Assembly: GCF_020745735.1 (NCBI RefSeq)
Contig: NC_083417.1
Location: 24,118,001 to 24,182,000, forward strand
Direction: 5' to 3'
Length of the DNA stretch: 64,000 nucleotides
Source of the DNA: Hemiscyllium ocellatum
Lineage: Eukaryota
The notes beneath the pieces were generated by a model. The model worked only from the letters and a program-made list of their open reading frames with translations, ran no database searches and was not told where the DNA came from. This document shows, piece by piece, positions 52,522-64,000 of this stretch (its first letter is position 1; each line of letters begins with the position of its first letter). The translations under genes were made by a program, and so were the position numbers.

Positions 52522-52782
52522 GCCTTGGATGACTGTGTGTGGAGTTTGCATGTTCTCCCAGTGTCTACTTGGGTAACCTCTGGGTGCTCCAGTTTCCTCC
52601 CACAGTAGAAAGATGTGTAGGTTAGGTGGATTAGTCATGTTAATTTATCCATAATGTTCAGGGATGTGTAGGTCGGTACATTAGCCATGGGAAATGCACG
52701 GTTACAGGGATAGAGTTGCTCTTCAGAGGGTTGGTGTGGACTTGTTGGGCTGGATGGCCTCTTTCCAAACTGTGGGGATTAT
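52522..52782 (+). mobile_element. HE1/V-SINE-like SINE, partial, in tandem with the previous copy
   Basis: Core and tail match the family. Confidence 0.7.
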
Positions 52783-53709
52783 ATTGAAAAAAATGCAGCA
52801 AGCAGACATTGCTGGGGGAGTAGTTTTCAATTAAGTCAGTCAGAGGTCCCAGCACAGTAAATCGAGCACATCCTTCCATACAAATCCAGGGAATAGGCTA
52901 TGGTTTGGGTGGTCTGTACCTCTGCTGTCCAGGATGTGGGTCAATTCTTTGGTTCTGTAACAGCAAGTCGGGAGGGGGAGGAGAGTCCTAGAGTATTCAG
53001 GGAGGGACATGTATAGGTACAAGCCAGGGGTCTAAATCCCTGACTTCAAGTAGGGAGCGGGTATTACTGAATGACTGCACCTGGCATAGTTACCTATATG
53101 CCAAGGGCTGGGTGGAGTACCTGGTTGGTATGGGCTCATGTAGGCAGCTTGGGTGGGGACTCGAGGAAGTGTGAATCTTGTAGGATCAATGGGAAGAGCT
53201 GTTAGGAAGGAGATGTGGTGTGTTGGGTCTCACTAGCCCATTAGGCTGAGACTGGAAGCAACAGGCAGAGTCGTGCTCTGTTTCACTTTCCATCATGTGG
53301 AATCTGAAAGTGCAGACTGGAGAAAGAAATGGCTGAGACCAAACTGAATGGGTTTGGGCAAGTGACCTGACCTATTGGGGAGTGGGCTGCAACAAACACT
53401 GAGCATAAGGCTTCTAACAAGAAAGAACATAGCTCACAGACCCAAGCAAGTAAACAGCTCACGTGCACTCTGGCTGCTGAATCCCTGACCATAACAAAGC
53501 ATTTAAGCCATTTAAATGTTGTCTCACCCTGGCACATCAACTTGTGAGCAATTATTTGAGGTTTACACCTTTGCGTACACACAGCCAAACATATGGATGT
53601 TGAATGAGGAGGAACGGAGGTGTCGTTATGATTCAATGTCTTGTCTCTGCTTCATTTCCCCCTTTCTCCCAGGATGGTTCACTAACTGCCTGCTCAGACT
53701 TCCATCGTA

Positions 53710-54360
53710 AACCAGAAATTGCTGAAAAATCTCAGCAGGTCTGGCAGCACTAGTGGAGAGGAATCAGTTGATTTTCGGGTTCAGTGAACATTCCTCAGAA
53801 CTAATGGTATCTTGGAAAAAAGATGGCTTTTATGCAGAATATAGGGTGAGGGAGGGGGTAAGGAGTAAATGATAGGTGGAGGTACAGCCCAAAGAGAGAG
53901 AACAGTTGAACAGATAAAGGAATGGATAATGGTTAGCTTAGGAGAATGAATAGCTGCTAATGCGGAATATTAGTGGCTAACAATGAGTAGTGTGTTTGGG
54001 GTTGGGGTAAGGACATGGGAGAAGGGGCCTCAAGCCCTAAAATTGGCGAACTTGACATTGAGTCCAGAAGACTGTAAGGTTCCCACACAGAAATGAGGTG
54101 CTGTTTTTTCAGCTTGCACTGAGCTTTGCTGAAGCACTGCAGCAAACCTGAGATCGCGATGTTGGCCAGGGAGTAGGGTGGTGTGTTAAAGTGGCAGGTA
54201 ACTGGAAGCTCAAGGTCTTTTTTGCGGGTAGAATGTCAGTGTTCTGTGAAGAAGTCCCCAGATTGTGCTTCATTTTCCTAATGTAGAGGAGACTACGTAT
54301 GAGCAGTGGATGGACCCTGGTCTGTGGTCATGAAATGGTATGGAAGGTGCGAGCACACGT
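53710..54360 (-). mobile_element. Old Penelope-like element fragment
   Basis: Degenerate nucleotide similarity to the GIY-YIG C-terminus and terminal repeat of the other PLE copies. Confidence 0.6.
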
Positions 54361-54499
54361 TTATTGCTTTCACAGAGAGACCCTCTCAAACACCCAACAG
54401 TTAAGTTGGGGAACATTAATGCATAGAGTAATAGTCATGTACAAGTCATTTTCATCTATGCCTCAATCGATTTTCTTTGTTCACTCTCACTATGTCTCA

Positions 54500-55960
54500 G
54501 TGTATTTACTGGTTCAGCAGCTGGGGTTGAGGGAGTCTGGTGAGTTGTTGAACCCCATTGACCCTGGAGATTTTGGGGGAGAATGTCTCCTGGTGTGCTG
54601 ACTTTGGACTAGCCAGTTGGGTCAAATATTTTCTTGCCACAGATAAGCTGACCCTATTGTCTTTGAACTTCCAAATGTCACAGTGAATTGACACTTGGAA
54701 GACACAGAGGGAGTTGGAGAGCCTGGCCACCTCTGCAATCTCCTGAATAGGGTTGGGGGTGGGTGTATATATGTATGGAACCATATCCGGATTGGTTTCA
54801 CCTGGCGTCATCCTGTCTCCTTTTGAGGAGGATGGGCTACCTGAACTGGTGTTAAGCTTCCCTGCCCCTCTTTGACATGTCTTTGGTCCTGAGGATCAAT
54901 GGGTAGGGTGATAGAGTGTAAGTGTGTGTGCACTTCTCCTGCAGGCCTTAAGAATGCCAGGTTTGATTCTCTTGGCAGTGCCAATTTGTCTATGGACAAG
55001 TGATGGCAGGATTGGCTGCTCTGGCAAAGTGGGTCATTGCATCACATATGCTGCTGTTGCTCTGTGCTGATTACCAAAATCGGTGAGCAGGTGCTTTGTC
55101 CCTGGTTGTCCTCCAAGTGCCAGTTGTGCGTGTCTTTAATTTCTTGGCCTCATCTGGACCTGTCACTGTGAAGTGTTCACTAGACTGTCTCTAGGTCTAT
55201 CGTTCCCTCTGAGGTATCACTATCTGGACTGGTTTGGAGTTGCAGGAGGTAGCCTTGGCAATGTTTTCTTTGAAATCAGGTTGAGGTTAGGGCTTCATCT
55301 GGAGCTTGTTGCTTTTCCATAGAGGTCGTGGAGTGGGGATTAGCGAAACCTGCAAGACAAAAGACCTGTGATTAGAAGTTTTGTGCAAAGGTTGAGACCA
55401 CTGGCAACGTTAATGAAAGAGTTGCTGTGGAATGAAGGATGGTACTTAGTTGTTTGGTGAGACATGTATGTGTCTGCACTCCTGCAGGAGTGTTCCCAGC
55501 CTCTATCTGCACCACCACCACCACCCCCCCACCCCGGTAGGGAGTGAGGACACCAATCTCATGTACCCCATCACCATTTGGGCTTTGTTCCGTTATGGGC
55601 TGACTTCTCAGCAAAATGGGACAGATTACAGTGAGTAGCAGGTGCATGTGGGGATGAGCTGGTAAAGTATACTGAAGTACTGAGCAAGTGGTGTGTAGAC
55701 TTGCTGGTGTGGGAGATTGAGGAGAGCAAATGAAGATTGGTATTGCATGTAATCCTGAAAGTGCTAGAGCATGATCCTTGGGAGGTGGGTGCAGTCGCAG
55801 AGACAGAGTAATTGTGAAGTAACAGAGAAAAAGTGTTCTGATGGATATTCATTGATTGTTGATTATTTTCCAGGGATTGGGACATGGAAATGAAATTGAA
55901 CATGAGAGGTGTCATAGGCTGAGTAGGTAGTTGACACAGCCAGTTTGGTAAGATGAGAAA
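54500..55960 (-). mobile_element. Ancient non-CR1 LINE relic (possibly Ingi/Vingi, I-group)
   Basis: Minus-strand peptide remnants in collinear order: MTPLMFNFIS (LAPLLFNIY-like), LHSTATLSL (LRTSALAL-like), TTGTWRTT (ITGTLRST-like), IHCDIWKF. Confidence 0.45.
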
Positions 55961-56262
55961 ATCTGCTGGGTCTCGAGCTGAAACCACCCCTCCCCACCAA
56001 AATAAAAGCTTAACACAACTCTGACTTAGCTAAATAAAGTAAGATTCAGGCTAATATTAATATTGAAATTGGAATTAGCCATTCCGGTGTTGCCTGGTTT
56101 TCAGGTTATGGTGCGGTTTGCTGAACAAAATGGGAAAGAAGTACAAATCATAGAATAAGTATAAAGTCAGAGGTCACGCTTTTGATCTATTATGGAATTC
56201 TGTTAAATCTCTTATTGTATAGCGCTTGGGCTTTGATTTAGTTTTTTAAATAATTTCTTTAG

Positions 56263-56441
56263 ATAAGATCCTCCGGTCAAAGAAGGAAGACAACATAGAC
56301 AAAATATTTCCTCATCCGACAATTGTAGTTACACCTTCGTCATCTACATCTAACTGGGGAAATGATTTATCCGATCAAACAGAGAAGAGAGAAGATTCCG
56401 TCAGAAAACATTTTATTGCCAGTATTTGGAGGAAAAAGTAA
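56263..56441 (+). CDS. SPATA33: SPATA33-like protein, last coding exon with PxIxIT-type motif
   Basis: ttctttag| phase-1 acceptor; (D)KILRSKKEDNIDKIFPHPTIVVTPSSSTSNWGNDLSDQTEKREDSVRKHFIASIWRKK*; PTIVVT corresponds to the SPATA33 PQIIIT motif. Confidence 0.62.
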
Positions 56442-58509
56442 TTTGAAGTTACACATTGTAGGGAAGAAATTAAGTAATTTGAAATGCAATTTTTTTTATA
56501 AAGATGTACAAAAGTCAGTTAGTGTATTTATCGATGTTCATGTGTTGATTATGCCCATGTGCCCATGAACTGAAGTTCTGAAGAAGGGTCACTGGACACA
56601 AAATGTTAACTCTGCTTTCTTTCCATAGATGTTGCCAGACCTTCTGAGTTTTTCCAGCAATTTCTGTTTTTGTTTGAGTTCCAATGTCTGCAGTTCTTTG
56701 TTTTCTTTTTGGTTGAAGCTTTAAGCTTGCTATTCTTTCTAACTTGCCCTCTATTAAAGTGCTCCTTTTCAATACAGATTGCACTAAACTCTCCATATTT
56801 AACAATTTGTGGAATATTTATGTCACCATGATTCTCAGCTTCAAAACTTCCAGCTGAAGTATATATTTTCCAGGACCCATGATTAGGCATGTCTTCAACT
56901 GTTGCAGATGATAGAGGTGGTGGGCTAACTTTACCACTTCTAAATTGACTGTGATGAAATGTAATTTTAGGAGGTTTTAAACCTCTTTGTTAAATAATAG
57001 ACACAAACATATGTTTGGCAAGTTTATGTCAAAAGAAAGGTTAACTGTTTATTTACATTACACATAAAATATAAACAAAAACATGAAGTACCTACACCTT
57101 CAAGCACATCGACACATTTACAAGAAAAGATGTGTTTTAGAAATGAAGCATGCACTTAGATTGTTAGCATAGTAACATGCTCAAGTCATGTATTCTTAAC
57201 CAGTCCTTTGGAATGAAAAACATTAAAGGTCTAAAATATTCAATCCCTTGGCTCTTTTGAAGACAGTGGAAGTTGGAAACTTTTTACCTATTTTAGATGA
57301 CATTGTGGCCAAGCTTCAGTAACAAAGAAATGATCATGCACGTGAAACAAATTAATGCCTTTTTTTTAACTACCTGAGTTGCTATTAATTTCAGGCAAGG
57401 TTTTTTTTCTCTTCTGATTGGATGTGATTCCTCAGTGCTGATACTCCTAGACTACTCTGCTGTATTTCCTTATGGTGTAATCAGTTGTTAACAACCTCTT
57501 CAGCTGGATGTGGTCATGTGATGTCCAACTGTCTATGTAACGGGTTGGGACTGAGGTGATCGGTACAGTGTATGAGGGATGGGAAGGGAGTAATGGAAAT
57601 TGAAATTCCATTTATATACAATAATGATTAGCTCTTTTGAAAGCCATTATTTGAAATTCCTTTTTTCTTGGCACCAATGAGCTTTGCAGCAATTGCCTTT
57701 TCAATCCCTTCCATTGAAATGGTGAGGGTCAGGCAATATGCATCTGGAAAGTTTTTTACACTTTTAAGTAACTTCCCAGACATTTGTCTCTGCTTGTCCA
57801 TAAACCACAGAACAAACACCACCTGATATCTGGGAAACCATTTTGAAAGGGTACAGTGAAAATATTTCTTCCTTTCAAAAGGAACACAGAGTCTACTGCC
57901 CAATTATTTCAATGGGCATGATGTGATCGTGACTTAAATTGTTTTGTATATTTAGTGAAATCGCTTGATTCAATTTCAATTTTATGATTAACCTCACAAT
58001 TTACTCTTGATACAATTGTAATTCCAGTCTATACAATTACAAAAACTGTAATGACACTAAAAATATAAACAAAAGCAGGTGCTGAATTTTTGTGCATGTC
58101 CTTTAAAAATGGTGGAAGAGGGGTTCTTATGGTGCAGTGGTAGTATCCGTACTTTTGAACCAGGAGGCTCTGGTTCAAGACTCTCCTCTTCCAGAGATGT
58201 GCAATAACATTTCTGAACAGGTTGACCAAAAATAGATGAAAACATTTCTTAAAATTTAAAATGGTGGAAGAGCTCTTGTGGTGCAGTGGTGGTGTCCCTG
58301 TGTCTGGTAGAAAGCCACCTGCCCAAGATGTGTACCTGAACAGTTTGATATAAATAATCTTAACAATGGTAGAAGGGAACATGAATGCAAAGTCCTGTCC
58401 CCATTTTGAACTGCTTAACTTTCTTCAGGAGAGAAGAGATAGGGCAAGATTCATATATGGGAAATGTGATTCAGCAGTGCTGTTTGAACATTGTGCTGAG
58501 TTCATACAG

Positions 58510-58725
58510 AGGGAAAGTGAGGACTGCCAATGCTGGAGATCAGAGCTGAAAAATTTGTTGCTGGAAAAGCACAGCAGGTCAGGCAGCATCCCAGGAGCAG
58601 GAGAATCGACGTTTCAGGCATAAGCTCTTCAGGAACCTGAAGAAGGGCTTATACCCGAAACATCGATTCTCCTGCTCCTTGGATGCTGCCTGACCTGCTG
58701 CGCTTTTCCAGCAACACATTTTTCA
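58510..58725. mobile_element. Palindromic PLE-terminus mini-insertion
   Basis: Inverted termini; direct repeat GCTGAGTTCATA at 58495-58506 and 58726-58737. Confidence 0.8.
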
Positions 58726-59574
58726 GCTGAGTTCATAGAGTCCATTTTGGCTGCTACAAGGGCTTTAAACCATAATATGCAAATATAAATGCTCCTGATC
58801 TGAAGTTTTTCTAAGTCTTTTACTCTGGCTGGATGGTTGGAACCACACTAACAGTTCAATTGCTGCACTGGCTGAGATTACTGTGAAGGATTCTCCTTCA
58901 CAACCTCCCGTCAGGTTAAACCACCACCAGTCAAATCCCTCGATTGAGAGAGTAATCCTTTGGTCTGCAAAGACTATGGTCACTTTACTTCTTTCTTATA
59001 CTATTTGGTTGCAAGCTCAAATGAAAATGAAACATTAATATTTTATTTTCTTTATAGATGCTGCCTGACTACAAGAGTTTTTTTAACATGCTGTAGTACT
59101 TCTGCCTGTGACTTTTGCATTTTAGATACATTTCAAAGCTCTTAATGTCTCCAGAATGCAGAATGAAACATGACATTTGTTAAATATCTTTTACTATTTG
59201 TATTTAAAATATTTTTGTTCATGTAAATATTAAAATAATAAAAGGCATTGGTGCCAGTACTTGAACTAGAATTGTTTATTGTCTTCCCAAAACCTCACTT
59301 TATTTCCTAAATATTATTTAATTCAACTTTTATATTGTCTAAAGACCATAATTAATAAAGCAGTTTGTGTTCTAATAACTGTTATTTAACAAGCCAGGTC
59401 ACTATCTCTTGAATCCTCCTCATTTAGTTTAACTATCAATTTTTGACAAATAATTTTTGGCATATGTCCCAGTATTATTGTTTTTCTCTCAAATAAAGTT
59501 TCTCAAAACTTCTCCTTTTGCACAAAGCAATGGATCACCTCACCTAAATTCTTTTGTTTTAAAGAAAGTTCTTC

Positions 59575-60200
59575 ATAGAAGGTAGTAAAAAAGGTATATG
59601 GCATGCTTACCTTCATCAGTCAGGGCATTGAGTATAAAAATTGGCAAGTCATGTTTCAACTGCATGGGATGTTAGGCCACATTTGAAGTACTGTGCACAG
59701 TTCTGGTTGCCGCACTCTCAGAAAAATGCAAAGGCTTTGGAGAGGATGTAAAGGAGGTTTGCCAGGATGTTGCTTGATTGGAGTATATAAGCTAGAAGGA
59801 GAGGTTGGACAAACTTGTATTTTTTTCATTAGAACGATGGAGGCTGAATGGCGACATGATAGATGTAGATAAAATTTATGAGAGGCATGGATGCAGTGGA
59901 TGGTCAGAGTTTCTTTCTCAGGGTGGAGATGTCACATACTAAGGGGTATCGGTTTAAGGTGAGAGGGAGAAAGTTTTAAAGGAGACGTGCAAGGCAAGTT
60001 TTTACACAGAAGTTAGTAGATGCCTGGAACACACTGAGGAGGTGGTAGAAGCAGGTATGTTACAAAAGTTGTTTAGATAGACACATGAACGGTCAGGGAA
60101 TCAAGGGATATGGACCATATGCAGGCCGATGTGATTAGTTTAAAATAGCATTACAGTCAGCACAGATATGGGCAAAGGGGCTATTCTTGTGTTTTACAAT
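59575..60200 (+). mobile_element. CR1 LINE 3' fragment
   Basis: Similar to the 3' part of 19420-22563. Confidence 0.75.
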
Positions 60201-60329
60201 TTTGTGTGTAATATTTTTGTTACTGTAACAAACAGTTCTAATTTGATACATAAAGTGCAATACAATTCAAGTTTTCATATACATTCTATGGTACTCTGCC
60301 TCACTACATTTAATATTCTAGGTTACATT

Positions 60330-61375
60330 AACAACTGATATTTCAGAAGGACCTGTCAACATGCTGATATCAAAATTTGAAAAATCAGAACAAGTGCAGC
60401 TGAGGTGGGGAAATTGGAGAAATGAATGGAAACTTGGAAGCAGGTATCAGGAAATGCAGCTGTGGGAATCAGTGGGATTATAGTGAATGTTTGATGACAC
60501 CCAATCTCCAGCAATGGAAGAGAAGTCCAGGAAAGGAAGCCAGAATCATGAGTAGAGCTTATGAATACGAGAGAGGAATGGAAATAGGAAGCAAAGTTGA
60601 TCAACTTTTCCAGTTTAGGGCAAAGTTGATTAGTAGCACCAACCACTTGTGCTGGAAAAAGAGGTGAGGGAAGGAACCAGTGTAGAACTGGAACTAGACA
60701 TTTTTCACATGTTTCACAAAAAGGAAGGACTTATCCAGGTACTCATTGTGTCATCTTTTATCTGAAGGAAATTAATGCATTTAAAAGGTCTTTTAATGTG
60801 AGAATAAGTTTAGCCAGGTAAAGGAGGGTGGTGGTGATGGATCTGGTTGAGTCTTCATTCAGAAAAGACATAGAGAGCTCTCAGTATCCCTAAGGGGATG
60901 GCTTTGTACAGAAATTAAACATCTGTGGTGAAGTGGCCAGGAAATTGGAAAGTATTAGACAAAGAGAGGATGTTGGTAGTCATAGATATAGATGTGAAGA
61001 GACAGGACAATAGGTGGAAAAACTGAATGGAAACTAATGGAAATCACTGAGCAGGGACAAGCTGAAACAGTAGCTCGATTGGAGCAGTCATGTTTGTGAA
61101 AATTGGTAAGCAGCGAGAAGTAGGCTATTGAATCTTTGGACATGATGAGTTCCAACACCATGGGGCAAGATCTCCAGAGATGAGACCAGTGACAATCCTG
61201 AAAACAATGGGTTGAGGTTTGGTAATGGAATCATAGTCCAGAGCGAGGTAGGGTAAAGTGTCTGAGAGTTGGCCTTTGGCCATGTTGGTTAGAGGTTGAT
61301 TTGCCAGATAAACCTTTGGCAGCAGGTTCATTGACAATGTTATGGTCAGACCTAAGAGAAGGGAATGAAACAAAT
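60330..61375 (-). mobile_element. Ancient Penelope-like RT relic
   Basis: Degenerate similarity (KLEKLINFASYFH..) to the PLE RT region at 5267-6067. Confidence 0.5.
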
Positions 61376-62794
61376 TCAAAGTAAGATGGGTTGGAGTGAA
61401 TTATCTTCCAACCTTCCCCTCTCTGACTTGAACAACTTGTCCTTAGAAGAAGTCTCATCCCTTTACTCCCTCACCAGAATTCTAACATATTCCGATATCC
61501 CCTTCACCAATTTGTCTTCTGATTTGGCCAGTAGTCTTCCCTCTGCACAGCAAACCATTTTATCTAGTTTCTAGTGTTTTCTCTCTCAATCTGGACCCTT
61601 TGCTCAGACTTCTTAGAGGTCTGGGATATCTTAATTAAGAAATTTAAGACGTGACATAATAAAGCTCAATTTCTCTGCTCCTCTCATTTGCTGTAGTTAG
61701 TGTGCATGAAGGATCTGACTGGGAGAACTCTTTCTGCCATCATGTAAGCAATATCTTGATGCTTGTTTGAAAGTTCTATAGATGAGGTATTCTGCTAATG
61801 ACTGACAGCTCACTCAGGGAAGCATGTAAAGGGATCCACCACCTCCTTTTCCTGTAGGGCCTCAAAGACATTACATGCAGGTTTTTTTTCTGATTGTCTT
61901 GTGGTTGCATTTTCTTCACAAATCTTTCTAAGAGGGACATGTGCTGTACCAAGTATAAACTAAACTCAACTAAATAAACAATAGGCTACACCAGTAATTA
62001 TGGAAAAGATCACATGATGGAAGGGGACTGAAGGTCAATGCTGTTGTTGGCCCTGGTGTGAAGTCCAAGGGTTCAAATAATTCTAGAGTCATAGTCATAC
62101 TGAATTTAAAAAAAAACACAAAGATCTTAAACTCTAGACGTTTCTCTTAAGTATGATTATAGCACTCAAACTGTACCACAATAACAGGGTATGGTCGAAC
62201 TAAATGAAATGGTCTATGGCAGCATAAGCAAACCTAATTTTTATATAATGGGGGCAGGTAGAAGCTCTGTGCATGCTAACATAAAGTGCTTGCACACTGA
62301 CCACCCAGTCTCCGTACAGCTTGATGCAGGCACACAGAATTGTCCTCATCTCAATTTGACCACAGTTTGACGTTGAAGGATTATGGAAAGTGAGGAGTGG
62401 GAGCAGGAGGGACGCTTCATGTTTAAAACACCCTTGACTGCAATGTTGGATCCACAAGGCAAACGTTTCCCCATTCTGTGTTGAGGAAAAAAAATTAAAT
62501 TCCACAGTTAATGACAAGAAAAGGAAATTAAAGAATCTAAATTGCTTAGTGAAAGTGATATATTTCTAATATTGACAACCCTGAAGCACCATATAGAATG
62601 AATGCTAAGCAGCATCAATGTTCAGCATTGAGTTGCAGCGTTGAGTGTTGGCCACCCTCTGGATAATCTCGAGGGGGCGCAGTTGCTGCTTCCCTCACTC
62701 TGGGCGGGTCATGGTCGGCCATCAACCCCCGGGTTCACACCGAGACAGTGGATAGTCGGCCACCGGCTCTCCGGGACAGAAGCTGCTGTGGATT

Positions 62795-62881
62795 ATGGCG
62801 GATGGCGGTGAGGAACCTGATCAAATCCGCTTGAAGTCGCTGAAATATGAAGGGAGCTTCACGGTGCCGACGGAGGACAAG
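62795..62881 (+). CDS. CDK10: Cyclin-dependent kinase 10, coding exon 1 (gene continues right of the window)
   Basis: MADGGEEPDQIRLKSLKYEGSFTVPTEDK|gtagc, 87 nt; resembles the CDK10 N-terminus (EQIRLKCIRKEGFFTVPPEHR); CpG-rich context; syntenic with CHMP1A. Confidence 0.88.
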
Positions 62882-62989
62882 GTAGCGCCGCTGGGCAGTT
62901 AATGAGCAGCGCACCCGCCCCCTCACGCACCTCTTCATCTGCCCCACTCCCACAACTACCCCCTCAGCCTCGCCCTTTACCCTCCCCCC

Positions 62990-64000
62990 ACATCTCCTCC
63001 ACAATCTCCCCATCCCCCACTACACACCACATCCCCATCACCCCATCCCCCACTACACACCACATCCCCATCACCCCATCCCCCACTACACACCACATCC
63101 CCATCACCCCATCCCCCACTACACACCACATCCCCATCACCCCCATCCCCCACAGCCCACTTTCCCCCACCCAACATCCTCCCATCACCCACACATCCCC
63201 CCCACCCCCCCCACCCCACGTCCCCCCATCACCCACACCCCACGTCCCCCCCATCACCCACACCCCACGTCCCCCCCATCACCCCCACCCCACGTCCCCC
63301 CATCACCCACACCCCACGTCCCCCCCATCACCCACACCCCACGTCCCCCCCATCACCCACACCCCACGTCCCCCCCATCACCCACACCCCACGTCCCCCC
63401 CATCACCCACACCCCACGTCCCCCCCATCACCGACACCCCACGTCCCCCCCATCACCGACACCCCACGTCCCCCCCATCACCGACACCCCACGTCCCCCC
63501 CATCACCCACACCCCACGTCCCCCCCATCACCCACACGCCACGTCCCCCCCATCACCCACACCCCACGTCCCCCACGTCCCCCCATCACCCACACCCCAT
63601 GTCACCCCCATCACCCACACCCCATGTCCCCCCCCATCACCCACACCCCACGTCCCCCCCATCACCCACGTCCCCATGTCACCCCCATCACCCACACCCC
63701 ACGTCCCCCCCATCACCCACGTCCCCCCATCACCCACACCCCATGTCACCCCCATCACCCACACCCCATGTCACCCCCATCACCCACACCCCACGTCCCC
63801 CCCATCCCCCACACCCCACGTCCCCCCATCACCCCCACCCCACGTCCCCCCCATCACCCACACCCCACGTCCCCCCCATCACCCACACCCCACGTCCCCC
63901 CCATCACCCACACCCCACGTCCCCCCCATCACCGACACCCCACGTCCCCCCCATCACCGACACCCCACGTCCCCCCCATCACCCACACCCCACGTCCCCC
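62990..64000. repeat. C-rich minisatellite in CDK10 intron 1
   Basis: About 4 copies of a 33-bp unit (ccccatcccccactacacaccacatccccatca), then many copies of a ~25-bp unit (cacgtcccccccatcacccacaccc) to the window end. Confidence 0.95.

Noticed and set aside
62735-63764. Minus-strand Gly/Val/Trp-rich ORFs
   Set aside because: They are translations of the minisatellite and of the antisense strand of CDK10 exon 1.
62990-64000. CRISPR-like array or telomeric repeat
   Set aside because: There are no unique spacers and no TTAGGG units; this is an ordinary eukaryotic minisatellite.

Overview
Vertebrate genomic DNA; the repeat content (HE1/V-SINE-like SINEs, CR1 LINEs, Penelope-like elements) points to an elasmobranch (shark). 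Four intron-containing genes were reconstructed by hand from GT-AG boundaries. (1) A beta-carotene 15,15'-oxygenase gene (BCO1 or a BCO1-like paralog), minus strand, exons 1-8 from 24278 to 476; the 3' exons lie outside the window. (2) A complete CHMP1A, minus strand, 7 coding exons from 48878 to 37683, 198 aa. (3) A short SPATA33-like gene, plus strand, head-to-head with CHMP1A (49118-49154 and 56263-56441); it is absent from the ORF track and encodes an MGxxxS N-terminus and a PxIxIT-type calcineurin-docking motif. (4) Exon 1 of CDK10 (62795-62881, plus strand), followed by a C-rich minisatellite. The rest is mostly decayed retroelements. The most notable non-coding structures are minimal type-I hammerhead ribozyme motifs in the Penelope termini, including a nested double-palindromic insertion with four hammerheads in CHMP1A intron 1. 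Also seen: a perfect DR2 element upstream of BCO1, a CLEAR/CRE-rich bidirectional promoter, and a strong CTCF motif between CHMP1A and BCO1. Repeat boundaries are approximate. Homology calls come from recalled sequences, not database searches.
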